A stretch of 64,000 bases of DNA from Candidatus Aminicenantes bacterium (GCA_963742235.1 CAVULT010000027.1:158635-222634); one strand, 5' to 3'; numbered from the stretch's first letter, positions 11,053 through 21,340 are shown. The notes: generated by a model not told the origin, from the sequence alone. A program made the numbers and translations.

Positions 11053-12947
11053 ATCAGCAGGAACCCCAGGAAAAGGATCGCTCCCAAGAGAAAGGCCAGG
11101 GCATAATCGCGGACAAGGCCGCTCTGGAGGATGCTCAAGCCCTTGCCGGCCAGGCCCGCGCCGGCCGCGGAACCGTTGAGAACGCCGTCGATGACCTCGA
11201 GGTCAAAATGCCGATAGGTCCAATCGGCGCCGCGGACGAGGGGCCGGACAAGCAACGTGTCATAGGCCTCGTCGACATAGTACTTGCCCAAAAGCAGACG
11301 ATAGACTCTCGGGAAGCGATGGGCCAGGTCCGCTGGTATCCGCGGGGATCTCCGATAGAAGATGAAGGCCAGCCCGATGCCCAGCAGGGCCGCGAAAGTC
11401 GCCGCCAGGGCGAGAACGGCCTCCGTCGAGGACGCGAGATGATGCGGCGCCCCTCCGAGGACGGTCTCGAGGAAGCGGCCGAAGACGTCGGCGCGCTTGC
11501 CGAAAAAGACGGGCAGCCCGATAAATCCCGCCAGGGCCGAAAAGACGGCCAGAATGATCAGAGGGACGGTCATCGTCCGGGGCGCCTCGTGGATGTGCGG
11601 CCCGGGCGCGAGCGAGGCCCTTCCTTCGCCGTAGAACGTCATATAGATCAGCCGGAACATGTAGAAGGCCGTGAGCACGGCCCCGGCCAAACCCAGCGCG
11701 TAGAGAACATACCGCCCGCCGGCGAACGCGCTCGTCAGGATGGCCTCCTTGGAGAAGAATCCGGACAGGAAGGGGACACCCGAGATGGCCAGGGCTCCGA
11801 CGAGGAATACGGGGAAAGTCACGGGCAGGAACTTCCGCAGCCCGCCCATGCGCCGCATGTCCTGCTCGCCGCCGAGGGCATGGATGACGCTTCCCGCGGC
11901 GAGAAAGAGCAGGCTCTTGAAAAAGGCGTGGGTCACCAGGTGGAACATCCCGGCGGCATAGGCCCCGACGCCGCAGCCGATGAACATGTAGCCGATCTGG
12001 GAGATCGTCGAATAGGCCAGGACCCGCTTGATGTCGTTCTGGACAAGGGCCATGGTCGCCGCGAAAACGGCCGTGATCGCGCCGACCCAGGCCACGACCG
12101 AGGACGCCGTGACGGAGGCCGCGTACAGTCCGCTCAGGCGGCAGACCATGTAGACGCCGGCCGTGACCATGGTCGCGGCATGGATGAGGGCCGAAACCGG
12201 GGTCGGCCCCTCCATGGCGTCCGGAAGCCAGACGTAGAGCGGGATCTGGGCCGATTTCCCAGTGGCGCCGACGAACAGGAGGACGGCGATCGAGGTGATT
12301 AGGGCGGGAGAGAGGAGCCCCGCGCCGGGAGCCGCGTTGATGGCCGCGATATCGGCCCGGCCGACGGTCGCGAGCAGGAACAGGATGGCGATGATGAAGG
12401 CCGCGTCGCCGATCCTGTTGACGATGAAGGCCTTCAGGCCAGCCCGGGAGGCCGCCGTCCGGTCGAACCAGAAGCCGATCAGAAGATAGGAGCAGAGCCC
12501 GACGCCCTCCCAGCCGACGAACATCAGGACGATGTCCGAAGCGAGGACGAGCACGAGCATGAAGAAGGTGAACAGGTTCAGGAACGCGAAATACCGGGAA
12601 AAGCTCTTGTCGCCGGCCATGTACCCGGAGGAATAAACGTGGATGAGGAAGCCGACCCCGGTGACGACGAGGGCCATGACCGCCGAGAGCTCGTCGAGCC
12701 GGAACGAGATCGAGGACGAGAACGACCCGCTCGCGATCCAGGGGAGCAGCGTCTTGGCGAGGGCCGGGGCTCCTGGGCCAGGCCGGGCCAGGAGGAGGAG
12801 ACCCGCCGTCGAGATGGCCAGGGAGGCGAAGACGGCCGCCGAGGCCTGGAATGCGACCCAAGCCCGGGAGAACCTGCGGCCGAAGAGCAGGAGGACCAAA
12901 GCGCTCGCCGCGGGAATGAGCGGGATGAGCCAGAAAAGTCCGGCCAT
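11049..12947 (-). CDS. nuoL: NADH-quinone oxidoreductase subunit L
   Basis: 632 aa, ND5/NuoL-like; 4-bp overlap with nuoM. Confidence 0.85.
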   Translation of the reverse strand: MAGLFWLIPLIPAASALVLLLFGRRFSRAWVAFQASAAVFASLAISTAGLLLLARPGPGAPALAKTLLPWIASGSFSSSISFRLDELSAVMALVVTGVGFLIHVYSSGYMAGDKSFSRYFAFLNLFTFFMLVLVLASDIVLMFVGWEGVGLCSYLLIGFWFDRTAASRAGLKAFIVNRIGDAAFIIAILFLLATVGRADIAAINAAPGAGLLSPALITSIAVLLFVGATGKSAQIPLYVWLPDAMEGPTPVSALIHAATMVTAGVYMVCRLSGLYAASVTASSVVAWVGAITAVFAATMALVQNDIKRVLAYSTISQIGYMFIGCGVGAYAAGMFHLVTHAFFKSLLFLAAGSVIHALGGEQDMRRMGGLRKFLPVTFPVFLVGALAISGVPFLSGFFSKEAILTSAFAGGRYVLYALGLAGAVLTAFYMFRLIYMTFYGEGRASLAPGPHIHEAPRTMTVPLIILAVFSALAGFIGLPVFFGKRADVFGRFLETVLGGAPHHLASSTEAVLALAATFAALLGIGLAFIFYRRSPRIPADLAHRFPRVYRLLLGKYYVDEAYDTLLVRPLVRGADWTYRHFDLEVIDGVLNGSAAGAGLAGKGLSILQSGLVRDYALAFLLGAILFLGFLLI

Positions 12948-12948
12948 T

Positions 12949-13251
12949 CTATCCCCTCAGGTCCTTGAGGTCGTCGCTCCGGATCGACTTCCTCTGGCGG
13001 AAGACGAGGACGATGATGGCCAGCCCGATCACGGCTTCGGCCGCGGCCACGGTGATGACGAAGAGCACGACGGCCTGGCCGTCGGCCTGGCCCGAGGCCT
13101 TGCTCAGAGCGAGAAGAGCGAGGTTGCCGGCGTTGAGCATGACTTCGACGGCCATGAATTGGGTCAGGAGGTCTTTCTTGACGAAAAAGGCGATGGTGCC
13201 GAGGGCGAAGAGAACGGCGGCCAGGACAAAAAACGCCGCGGCAGGGATCAA
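12949..13251 (-). CDS. nuoK: NADH-quinone oxidoreductase subunit K
   Basis: ~100 aa with TTG start at 13251 preceded by AAGGAGGGGG; ND4L-like (LIPAAAFFVLAAVLFALG...). The track ORF is over-extended upstream. Confidence 0.75.
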   Translation of the reverse strand: MIPAAAFFVLAAVLFALGTIAFFVKKDLLTQFMAVEVMLNAGNLALLALSKASGQADGQAVVLFVITVAAAEAVIGLAIIVLVFRQRKSIRSDDLKDLRG

Positions 13252-13745
13252 TCCCCCTCCTTCTTGCCGGCCAGGGCCAGCGCGCCGACCAGGGCCGCCA
13301 GGATCAAGAGGGAGGTGATCTCGAAGGCGTAGAGATAGTCCGAGAAGAGGAGCCGGCCGAGATGGGCGATATCGCGTCCCGGCGGAAAGGCCCCGGCGCC
13401 GAGACCCTTCAGGGCCCGGCTTCCGGCGAGAACGAGCTCGGCCAGGAGCATCATCGCCAGGCCGGCCCCCAAAACAACCCGGAGCCGTTTTCGTTCGGGA
13501 GGCTCGGGCCGGCGCAGATTGAACATCATGATGGCGAAAAGGAAGAGAACCATGATGGCCCCGGCATAGACCAGCACCTGGGCGACCGCGGCAAAGGGGG
13601 CCTCGAGGAGCCCGAAGATCCCGCCCAGGCTGGCGAACGCCAGGACCAGGAACAGGGCGTTGTGGGCCTGATTGCGCGAGACGATCATGGCGGCGACGGC
13701 GCCGAGGCACATCGCGGAGAGGACGATGAAGATGATCAGGGCCAT
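13248..13745 (-). CDS. nuoJ: NADH-quinone oxidoreductase subunit J
   Basis: 165 aa, ND6/NuoJ-like; 4-bp overlap with nuoK. Confidence 0.8.
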   Translation of the reverse strand: MALIIFIVLSAMCLGAVAAMIVSRNQAHNALFLVLAFASLGGIFGLLEAPFAAVAQVLVYAGAIMVLFLFAIMMFNLRRPEPPERKRLRVVLGAGLAMMLLAELVLAGSRALKGLGAGAFPPGRDIAHLGRLLFSDYLYAFEITSLLILAALVGALALAGKKEGD

Positions 13746-13815
13746 GGAATTTGGCCCTATTTTCAGTTGTCCCGGCGGTCGAAGTCAAGCCGGAAATTGG
13801 AGGATGACGGACCGG

Positions 13816-14896
13816 TCAGACGGCGAAGCGGAAGTTGATGATGTCGCCGTCCCGGACGGGATAGGCCTTGCCCTCCAGGCGGAGGGTCCCGTCGGCGCGG
13901 CAGCCGGCGATGTCGCCCCGGGCGACGAAATGCTCGTACGAGACGACCTCGGCCCGGATGAAGCCGCGTTCGATGTCGGAGTGGATGACCCCGGCGGCGC
14001 GGGTGGCCACGGTCCCGTCGCTCACGGTCCAGGCCTTGACCTCGTCGCTGCCGACGGTGAAGAAGGAGATGAGGCCCATCATCCGGTAGGCCGTGGCGAT
14101 GAGGCGATCGAGGGCCGACCTCCCGATGCCGAAATCGGACCTGAACTGCGGCGCGTCCTGATCGGGGAGCTGGCGGATCTCGCTCTCGAGCCGGGCGCAG
14201 AGGCCGACCGCCGACCGGGCTTCCGAGGTCCGATCGACGAAGGGCGCGAGGATCTCGGACTCGCGGCGGATCTCGTCCTCGTCGAGGTTGACCACGGCGA
14301 TGAGAGGCTTGAGGGTCAGGAAACGGAAGCCGCGGAGGAGCGTCTCTTCGTCCTCCGTGAGGTCGATGCGGCGGAGCGGCGTCTCCGAATCGAGCGCCGC
14401 CTTGCACGTCTCGAGGGCGGCCAGCTCCCGGACATCGCGGTCGCTTTTCTTGGCCGCGATCTGCTTCCGAAGCCGGTCGATCCGGCTCTCGACGATGGCC
14501 AGGTCGCTCAGGAGGAATTCCGTTTCGAGCGCGGCCAGGTCACGCCGCGGATCGATCGTGTCGAGAGGGTGCGGCACGGCCGGGTCGCGGAACGACCGGA
14601 CGACCGCGAGGAGGGCGTCGGCCGTCCTGAGCTTGCCCAGGAACTGCTCGCTGAAGGTCGTTGACTTCGGGTCCCCGGTCGGAGATCCCCTGGAGCTCGA
14701 CGAACTCGATGGACGCGGCCGTCTTCTTCTTGGGCTCGAAGATCGCGGCCAGCTTCTCCAGGCGCGGATCCGGCACTCTGACGACGGCGATGGGATCGGC
14801 TCCCTTGGACGCGGCCGTCTCGGTGGAGGCGCCGGTCAGGGCGGAAAAAAGCGAGCTTTTCCCTGACTGAGGCAGACCGACGATGCAGATCTTCAC
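13816..14896 (-). CDS. ychF: Ribosome-binding ATPase YchF (Obg-family GTPase), interrupted by a frameshift near 14650-14690
   Basis: N-terminal MKICIVGLPQSGKSS (G1) lies in the 14540..14896 frame. The C-terminal TGS domain (...YPVRDGDIINFRFAV) lies in the 13816..14577 frame. The middle segment ...EQFLGKLRTADALLAVVRSF is found in a shifted frame. Confidence 0.7.
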
Positions 14897-14978
14897 TTTC
14901 GCTTTCCTTCGGGAGATTGACCGGACGAAGAAAACAAGATGAGATTATACCGAATCCGGCGCGGCGATTCAAGAAGCG

Positions 14979-15006
14979 TTGACAACCGAAGCCGATTTGA
15001 TATAAT
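14979..15006 (+). promoter_or_regulatory. Sigma-70-type promoter, TTGACA-N16-TATAAT, upstream of tRNA-fMet
   Basis: Perfect -35 at 14979-14984 and perfect -10 at 15001-15006, 11 nt upstream of the tRNA 5' end. Confidence 0.6.
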
Positions 15007-15017
15007 GACGCCTGTAC

Positions 15018-15094
<77 letters not shown>

Positions 15095-15220
15095 TCCGAA
15101 TTCAATGTTTTTCCCATATGAACGAGGCCTTGGCCCCGTTCCGCTTCTTTTGCCCTCGAACCCGGAAGGTCACCCCGCCTCAAGCGTTTGTGCGCGCACG
15201 GTTGCATTTGATCGGGCGAA

Positions 15221-15907
15221 TTGCCTATGATGGTCAGGGTCCAATCATGCAGAAAAAGCGAAAAAAACGTCTTTCGGGAATATTTCGAGCTCATTGCCGA
15301 GACGGCGGTCTTTGTATTCTTCGTCTTGACCTTCGTCGTGCAGCATTTTCAGATCCCCACGGGGTCGATGATCCCGAAGCTTCTCGTCGGCGATTTTGTC
15401 CTGGTCAACAAGATGGCCTACGCCCGGCCCGTTCTTCCTCTCGAGAGCTTTCTTTTGCCGCATAAAACGATCGAAAGAAAGGACATTATCGTTTTCAAGT
15501 GGCCCGGGGACCTGACGAAGGACTATGTCAAGCGCGTGATCGGCCTGGGGGGAGAAAAGGTCGAAATCCGAGATAAGCGGCTTTACGTCAACGACAGAGC
15601 CGTCGATGAACCCTATACGATCTATAAAGACAACCCGGCCTATTCAACGGATGAAAACTATGGGCCCATCGTCGTTCCGGAGGGGAGCCTCTTCGCCATG
15701 GGAGACAACCGCGACGACAGCGCGGACAGCCGGACCTGGGGATTTGTCCCTCTGGCCAACGTCAAGGGGAGACCCTGGCTGATCTATTTCTCGTATCAAG
15801 CCGAGACGAACGCCTATCAGAAAACGAGCCTGCGCGATTGGCTGAAGAAGCTGATCAGGTTCATCCCCAAGGCCCGCTGGGGCCGCTTCTTGAAAGTCAT
15901 CAATTAG
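15221..15907 (+). CDS. lepB: Signal peptidase I (S26)
   Basis: N-terminal TM segment, catalytic IPTGSM, GDFVLVNK and GDNRDDSADSR boxes. Confidence 0.8.
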   Translation: MPMMVRVQSCRKSEKNVFREYFELIAETAVFVFFVLTFVVQHFQIPTGSMIPKLLVGDFVLVNKMAYARPVLPLESFLLPHKTIERKDIIVFKWPGDLTKDYVKRVIGLGGEKVEIRDKRLYVNDRAVDEPYTIYKDNPAYSTDENYGPIVVPEGSLFAMGDNRDDSADSRTWGFVPLANVKGRPWLIYFSYQAETNAYQKTSLRDWLKKLIRFIPKARWGRFLKVIN

Positions 15908-15939
15908 CCCCTTCCCGCCGCGGCCGGAAGTCTGCCGGG

Positions 15940-17380
15940 CTAGTCCGTTCCCACTCCGTCCCAGCAGTAGGTGCAGAGCTTCTCTTTGGGCAGGCCGATC
16001 GCGGCGACCAGGTCCTCGAGCCGTTGATAGCGGAGCGAGGTCAGTCCGAGCGTGTGGGAGATCCAGTCGACCATGGCCTCGTATTTCGCCGAGCCGGCGC
16101 TCACGTAGTCCCCGAAGTCGCGGAATTCCGGCCCTTCGAGCGCGGCGATGGCCCTGCGCGCGGCGAGGTCGAGCTCGGAGCGCGACCGGGAGAAGTTCAG
16201 GTACTTGCAGCCGAAAGCGAGGGGCGGGCAGGCCGGCCGCATATGGACCTCGACCGCGCCCGATTCGTAGAGGCGCTGGATCGTGTCCTTGAGCTGGGTG
16301 CCGCGGACGATCGAATCCTCGCAGAACAGGAGCTTGCGGCCCTGGATGATCTCGCGGATGGGGATGAGCTTCATCCGGGCCACCTGGTCGCGGATGTCCT
16401 GGTGCTGGGGCATGAAGCTTCGGGCCCAGGTCGGCGTGTACTTGACGAAGGGACGCCGGAAGGGGATGCCCGCCTCGGCGGAGTAGCCCAGGCCGTGGCC
16501 GATGCCGGAATCGGGGATGCCGGCGACGAGATCGACCTTGACGTCGTCGTTCCGGGCCAGGAAGGCCCCGCAGCGGTTCCGCACGGTCTCCACATTGATC
16601 CCTTCGTAGCTCGAGGCGGGATAGCCGTAGTAGACCCAGAGGAAGGAACAGATCTGGAGCTTCGGGCCGGCGGGGACGAGCGTCTCGGATCCCTCCGGGC
16701 GTGATGCGGACGATCTCGCCCGGACCGAGATAGCGGTCGATCTCGTAGCCGAGATTGGGAAAGGCGCACGTTTCCATGGAGGCGGCGAAAGACCCCAGCT
16801 TCTTCCCCAGGACGAGGGGCGTTCGCCCGAGCTTGTCCCGGGCGGCCAGGATCGCGCCGTCGGTCAGGATGAGGATGGAGCAGGAGCCCTGGATGAATTC
16901 CCAGACGGCCCGGATGCCGTCCTCGAAGGTGTCCTCCCGGTTGATCATGGCCGCGACGAGCTCGGTCGGGTTGATCTCGCCGCCGCGCATCTCCGAGAAG
17001 TGGAGGCATTTGCCCCGGAAGGCCCGGTCGACGAGGTCGTCGATGTTCTTGATGACGCCGACCGTGGCGATGGCGTAGTTCCCGAGGTGGGACCGGATGA
17101 GGAGCGGCTGGTCCTCGTAGTCGCTGATGACGCCGATGCCCCGCGAGCCGTGGAGCTTGCCGACGTCGTCGCCGAATTTCGAGCGGAACTGGGCGTTCTC
17201 GATGTTATGGATGTAGCGGACGATGCCCGCGCCGTCGCCGGCGGCCAGGCCGCCGCGCTTGGTGCCCAGATGAGAGTGGTAGTCCGTGCCGTAGAACAGG
17301 TCCTCGACGATATCGTCCTGGCCGATGACTCCGAAGAAACCGCCCATGGCCGTCCTCCTGTCGGAATATTCGGGCATCAT
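15940..17380 (-). CDS. purF: Amidophosphoribosyltransferase (PurF-like), frameshifted near 16690; catalytic Cys codon reads Gly
   Basis: N-terminal class-II GATase domain sits in the 15644..17380 frame and the C-terminal PRTase domain (...VEVHMRPACPP...) in the 15940..16593 frame. The expected CCCGAGGGATCC reads CCCGGAGGGATCC, i.e. one extra G. The N-terminus reads MMPEYSDRRTAM-GGFFGVIG where PurF has a propeptide followed by Cys. Confidence 0.7.
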
Positions 17381-17468
17381 AACACCGGCGCCCCTCGCGT
17401 TTCAATCCGGATTAGTGGAGAGTCGTCAACTGTGATAAAATCCCGGAAGAGATATCGAGGAGGACGAC

Positions 17469-18861
17469 ATGTTCAAAGCCGCGACGTACATCGAAAGACG
17501 GAAGCTCCTGAGAAAGTCCGTGGGATCGGGTCTGCTCATCTTCCTGGCCAACGAAGAGAGCCCGATGAACTACACGGCCAACACCTTCCACTATCGTCAG
17601 GACAGCTCCTTCCTGTATTTCTTCGGCCTCTCTTCGCCCGGGCTGGCCGCGATCATCGACGCTGACGAGAACAACGACACCCTCTACGGCGACGACATCG
17701 GCATCGAGGACATCATCTGGATGGGCGAACTGCCCACTATCAAGGACCGGGCCCTCGAAGTCGGCGTCCGCCGCACCGCTCCGCGCGCCGCCTTCGACGA
17801 GACGGTCCGCAAGGCCCTCGGCCGCCGGCCGGCCCGTCCATTATCTTCCGCCGTACCGGCCCGACAACGCCATCGTCTTGAGCGAGCTTCTCGGCATCCC
17901 CGTCAAGGACCTCAAGGCCAAGGCCTCGGCCGCGCCTCATCAAGGCCTCAGTCGACCAGCGCATCATCAAATCCAAAGAGGAGATCCGGGAGATCGAGTC
18001 CGCGGTGACCATCAGCCGGGAGATGTACCTGGCCGCCATGAAGCTGGCCAAGCCCGGACGCTACGAGTACCAGATCTCCGGGGCCATGGAAGGGATCGCC
18101 CTCGCCTACGGCATGCATCTGGCCTTCCCGCCCATCGTCACCGATCAACGGCCAGACGCTTCCACATGCATTCCCACGATAACCTCCTGGCCCGGGGCCG
18201 GCTCCTGGTCTGTGACTGCGGCGCGGAAGCCTCGAGCGGCTACGCCTCCGACATCACCCGGAGCGTGCCCGTCGGCGGCCGCTTCAACGCCAGGCAAAAA
18301 GACATCTACGAGATCGTCCTGGCCGGACAGGAGTCGGCCATCAAGGCCGTCAAGCCCGGCGTCAACTTCAAGGACATCCATCTCCAGACGGCCCGGGTCA
18401 TGACCGACGGGCTGAAGGGCCTGGGCCTGATGAAGGGCGACACGGCCGAGGCCGTCGCCGCCGGCGCCCACGCCCTCTTCTTCCCCCACGGCCTCGGCCA
18501 CAACCTCGGCCTCGACGTCCACGACATGGAGGATTACGGCGAGAACAACGTCGGCTACGGCGAGAAGGTCGAGCGCAGCTCCCAGTTCGGGCTGGCCTAC
18601 CTGCGCATGGCCCGGGTGCTCCGGCCCGGCCACGTCATGACCGTCGAGCCGGGGATCTACTTCATCCCCGCCCTGTTCGCGTTGTGGCGGAAGGAGAAGA
18701 AGCACCGCGACTTCATCGTTTACGACGCCGTCGAGAAATTCCTCGATTTCGGCGGGGCCCGGATCGAGGACGACGTCCTGGTCACGGAGAAGGGGCGCAA
18801 GGTCCTCGGGCCGGCCATCCCCAAGACGGTCGCCGACGTCGAAAAGGCCTGCCGGGCTTGA
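17469..18861 (+). CDS. Xaa-Pro aminopeptidase (M24B), at least 2 frameshifts
   Basis: The N-terminal domain is in the 17469 frame, the middle (MTISREMYLAAMKLAKPGRYEYQISGAMEGIALAYGMHLAFPPIV) in the 18005 frame, and the C-terminal M24 catalytic domain with the metal-ligand motif HGLGHNLGLDVHD in the 17878 frame. Confidence 0.65.
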
Positions 18862-19704
18862 GGATCGCGCTCGTCCAACAGCAGGCCACCGGCGACCCCG
18901 CCGGGAACAGGGCCAGGGGCGAAGCCGCCTTCCTCGAGGCGGCCCGGAACGGGGCCAACCTCGTTGCCTTCGCCGAGCTGGCCTTCACCCGCTTCTATCC
19001 GCAGGCCCCGGCGACCGCCGCAAGCCCGGCCCTCGCGGAAACGATCCCCGGCCCGACGACCGATCTCTTTTGCGCCCTGGCCCGCGAAACAGGCACGGTC
19101 GCGGTCCTGAACCTGTTCGAGCGCGACGGGGACCGGACCTACGATTCCTCGCCCGTTATCGACGCGGACGGCCGCATCGTCGGGGTCGCGCGCATGGTCC
19201 ACATCATGGAAGGACCCGGATTCCACGAGCGCGGCTACTACACGCCCGGCGACCGGGAGAGATTCGTCTTTTCCACGGCGGCCGGGCGGATCGGTATCGC
19301 CATCTGCTACGATCGTCATTTCCCCGAATACATGAGGGGCCTGCGCCTGGGCGGGGCCGAGCTCGTCATCGTGCCCCAGGCCGGGACGGCGGGGGAGTGG
19401 ACCGAAGGGATCTTCGAAGCCGAGCTTCAGGTGGCCGCCTTCCAGAACGGCTATTACGCCGCTCTGGTCAACCGGGTCGGGCGCGAGGAGGGCCTCGAGT
19501 TCGCCGGCGAGTCCTTCGTCGTCGACCCCGACGGCCTGGTCATCGCCCGGGCCCCGGGGGGCCTGGATCGCGTCCTCTACGCCGATTGCGATTTCGCCAA
19601 GAACGCGGCCTCGCACGCCGCGCGTCACTTTCTCGGGGACCGCCGGCCCGAGGTCTACGGGGCGATGGGAGATCGCGGACTCCGGTCCGAAGAAGGAACG
19701 CTGA
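18858..19704 (+). CDS. Carbon-nitrogen hydrolase (nitrilase superfamily)
   Basis: TTG start overlaps the pepP stop (TTGA). Catalytic Glu (AFAELAFTRFY), Lys and Cys (RIGIAICYDRHFPE); C-terminal ...DRRPEVY. There is no in-frame stop before the next gene; a TGA in the -1 frame overlaps the downstream ATG (TGATG). Confidence 0.6.
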
Positions 19705-20180
19705 TGCCGCGCTGGTACGTCATCAATACCAGGCCGAAGAAGGAAAGCCAGGTCGAGCGCCTGTTCATCGAGGGGGGATTCACCATCTACTGCCCGAAGT
19801 ACGTCCGAGAGAAACGGATCACCCCATTCTTCCCGGGCTACTCCTTTCTCCAGTTCGAATTCCCGGACCAGTTCCAGATGGTCAAGTACACCCGCGGCGT
19901 CAAGCGCGTCGTCGGCAACGACGCCGGCCCCACGCCCATCCCGACGGAGATCGTCGAAAGCATCAAGTGCCGGGAGCGGGACGGGCTCATCGTCTTCGAG
20001 AGATACGGCCAGGAGCCGGCGATCGGGGATGAGATCGAAGTCGTCGAGGGCCCGCTCAAGGGCCTCAAAGGCATCTTCCGCAAAGAGGTCGGCGACAGCG
20101 AGCGAGTGATGATCCTCCTGAACTACGTCTCCTACCAGGGCATGCTGCTCATCGAAAAGAACAAGCTCAAGAAGATCTAG
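19704..20180 (+). CDS. NusG-family paralog (NGN + KOW), UpxY/LoaP-like
   Basis: ATG preceded by a GAAGGAA RBS. N-terminal MPRWYVINTRPKKE...FPGYSF (NGN domain) and C-terminal AIGDEIEVVEGPLKGLKGIF (KOW). About 158 aa, shorter than housekeeping NusG. Confidence 0.55.
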   Translation: MPRWYVINTRPKKESQVERLFIEGGFTIYCPKYVREKRITPFFPGYSFLQFEFPDQFQMVKYTRGVKRVVGNDAGPTPIPTEIVESIKCRERDGLIVFERYGQEPAIGDEIEVVEGPLKGLKGIFRKEVGDSERVMILLNYVSYQGMLLIEKNKLKKI

Positions 20181-20185
20181 GGGGC

Positions 20186-21286
20186 CTATTTCCGGCCCTT
20201 CAGCGCGTCGAGAAAGGGCTGCTTGAGGCTGTTCGAGGAAAAATAGACCACTCCGTCGGCCTTGAGGGCCTTGCTCAGCCGCATCTCTTCGATCATCCCC
20301 TCGGGCGTGTTCTGGTTGTGCGACGTGCCGATGCCGATCCCCGGGCAGACGAGCGTCCGCCCCTTGCCGTAGCCGACGGCTTCGCGCGTGAGCTTCTCGT
20401 AGAGCTTGGCGTCGTTCGTGTAGATCATCGGATTGAGCATGTCGACCAGCCCCTCGCGGCCCCACTCGGCCCAGTCCTGGCCGATCATGACCCGGGCGTT
20501 GACGGCGTCCGGGAAGACGGCCGCGCTGATCTTGACCTTCCGGCCCGTCGCCTTGAGGGCGTCCTTGAGCTCCCGGACGAAGATCGTCACCCGGTCGGTG
20601 TTCCAGCGGAGCCAGACATTCCAGGCCGGGTTGCCCGTGTCGCGGGCCTTGACCGCGGCCAGGTCGATGCCCGTGTCCGCTTGGAACAGCTTGAGCGTCT
20701 CCGCGTCGAAGCCGAAGAACGGCTCGGTCGGCTCGCAGGGATAGCGGATATAATCGAGATGGACCCAGCCCACGCCGTACTTGCGGACGACCTCGAGCAT
20801 CAGGCTGATCTCATAGGCCCGGACGGCCGGCAGGGCGGGATTGACGGCGGCGACCATCTCCTTTTGCGGGGACGCGATCAGCCATTCGGGATGCTCCCGG
20901 ACCTGGCCGAGAATGGCCGACTCGGGGAAGACACAGAACCAGGGATGGACCTCCATCTTCCTTTTTTTCGCCTCGGCCAGGAAGGCCTCGAAGAAATCCC
21001 AGTTCCAGGCCTTGTCGGCGACGCCGATGTCGCTCGCGTAATAGACATGGCCCGAAGTGTTCTTGACCAGCATGATCAGGGTGTTGATGCCGGCCGCGGC
21101 GTACTCGTCGAGCGTCGTCCGCATCTTTTCGACGGCCGCCGCCTTGTCCGGGCCGAAGAAGCCGGGATGCATCCAGACGCCGCGCACCGGCATGGTCAGC
21201 GATGCTTCGGCTGCGCCGAATGAGCCGAGGGGCCGGCGGCGCAGGCCGCCAAGAACGAGGATGAGCGCCAGAGCTTTTTTGATCAT
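20186..21286 (-). CDS. Glycoside-hydrolase-like family 10 protein (YddW/GHL10), secreted
   Basis: 366 aa with a signal peptide; TIM-barrel GHL10-like pattern (WMHPGFF, GINTLIMLV, HPWF). Confidence 0.5.
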   Translation of the reverse strand: MIKKALALILVLGGLRRRPLGSFGAAEASLTMPVRGVWMHPGFFGPDKAAAVEKMRTTLDEYAAAGINTLIMLVKNTSGHVYYASDIGVADKAWNWDFFEAFLAEAKKRKMEVHPWFCVFPESAILGQVREHPEWLIASPQKEMVAAVNPALPAVRAYEISLMLEVVRKYGVGWVHLDYIRYPCEPTEPFFGFDAETLKLFQADTGIDLAAVKARDTGNPAWNVWLRWNTDRVTIFVRELKDALKATGRKVKISAAVFPDAVNARVMIGQDWAEWGREGLVDMLNPMIYTNDAKLYEKLTREAVGYGKGRTLVCPGIGIGTSHNQNTPEGMIEEMRLSKALKADGVVYFSSNSLKQPFLDALKGRK

Positions 21287-21340
21287 TATTCCTCCCAGAT
21301 CATCCGATAGACGGCCAGTTCCTTGTATCCGTTTGGCTTT

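Noticed and set aside
19704-20180. Treating the NusG-like protein as housekeeping nusG.
   Set aside because: It is short (158 aa), not located in the secE-nusG-rplK cluster, and is adjacent to a nitrilase; more consistent with a specialised paralog.
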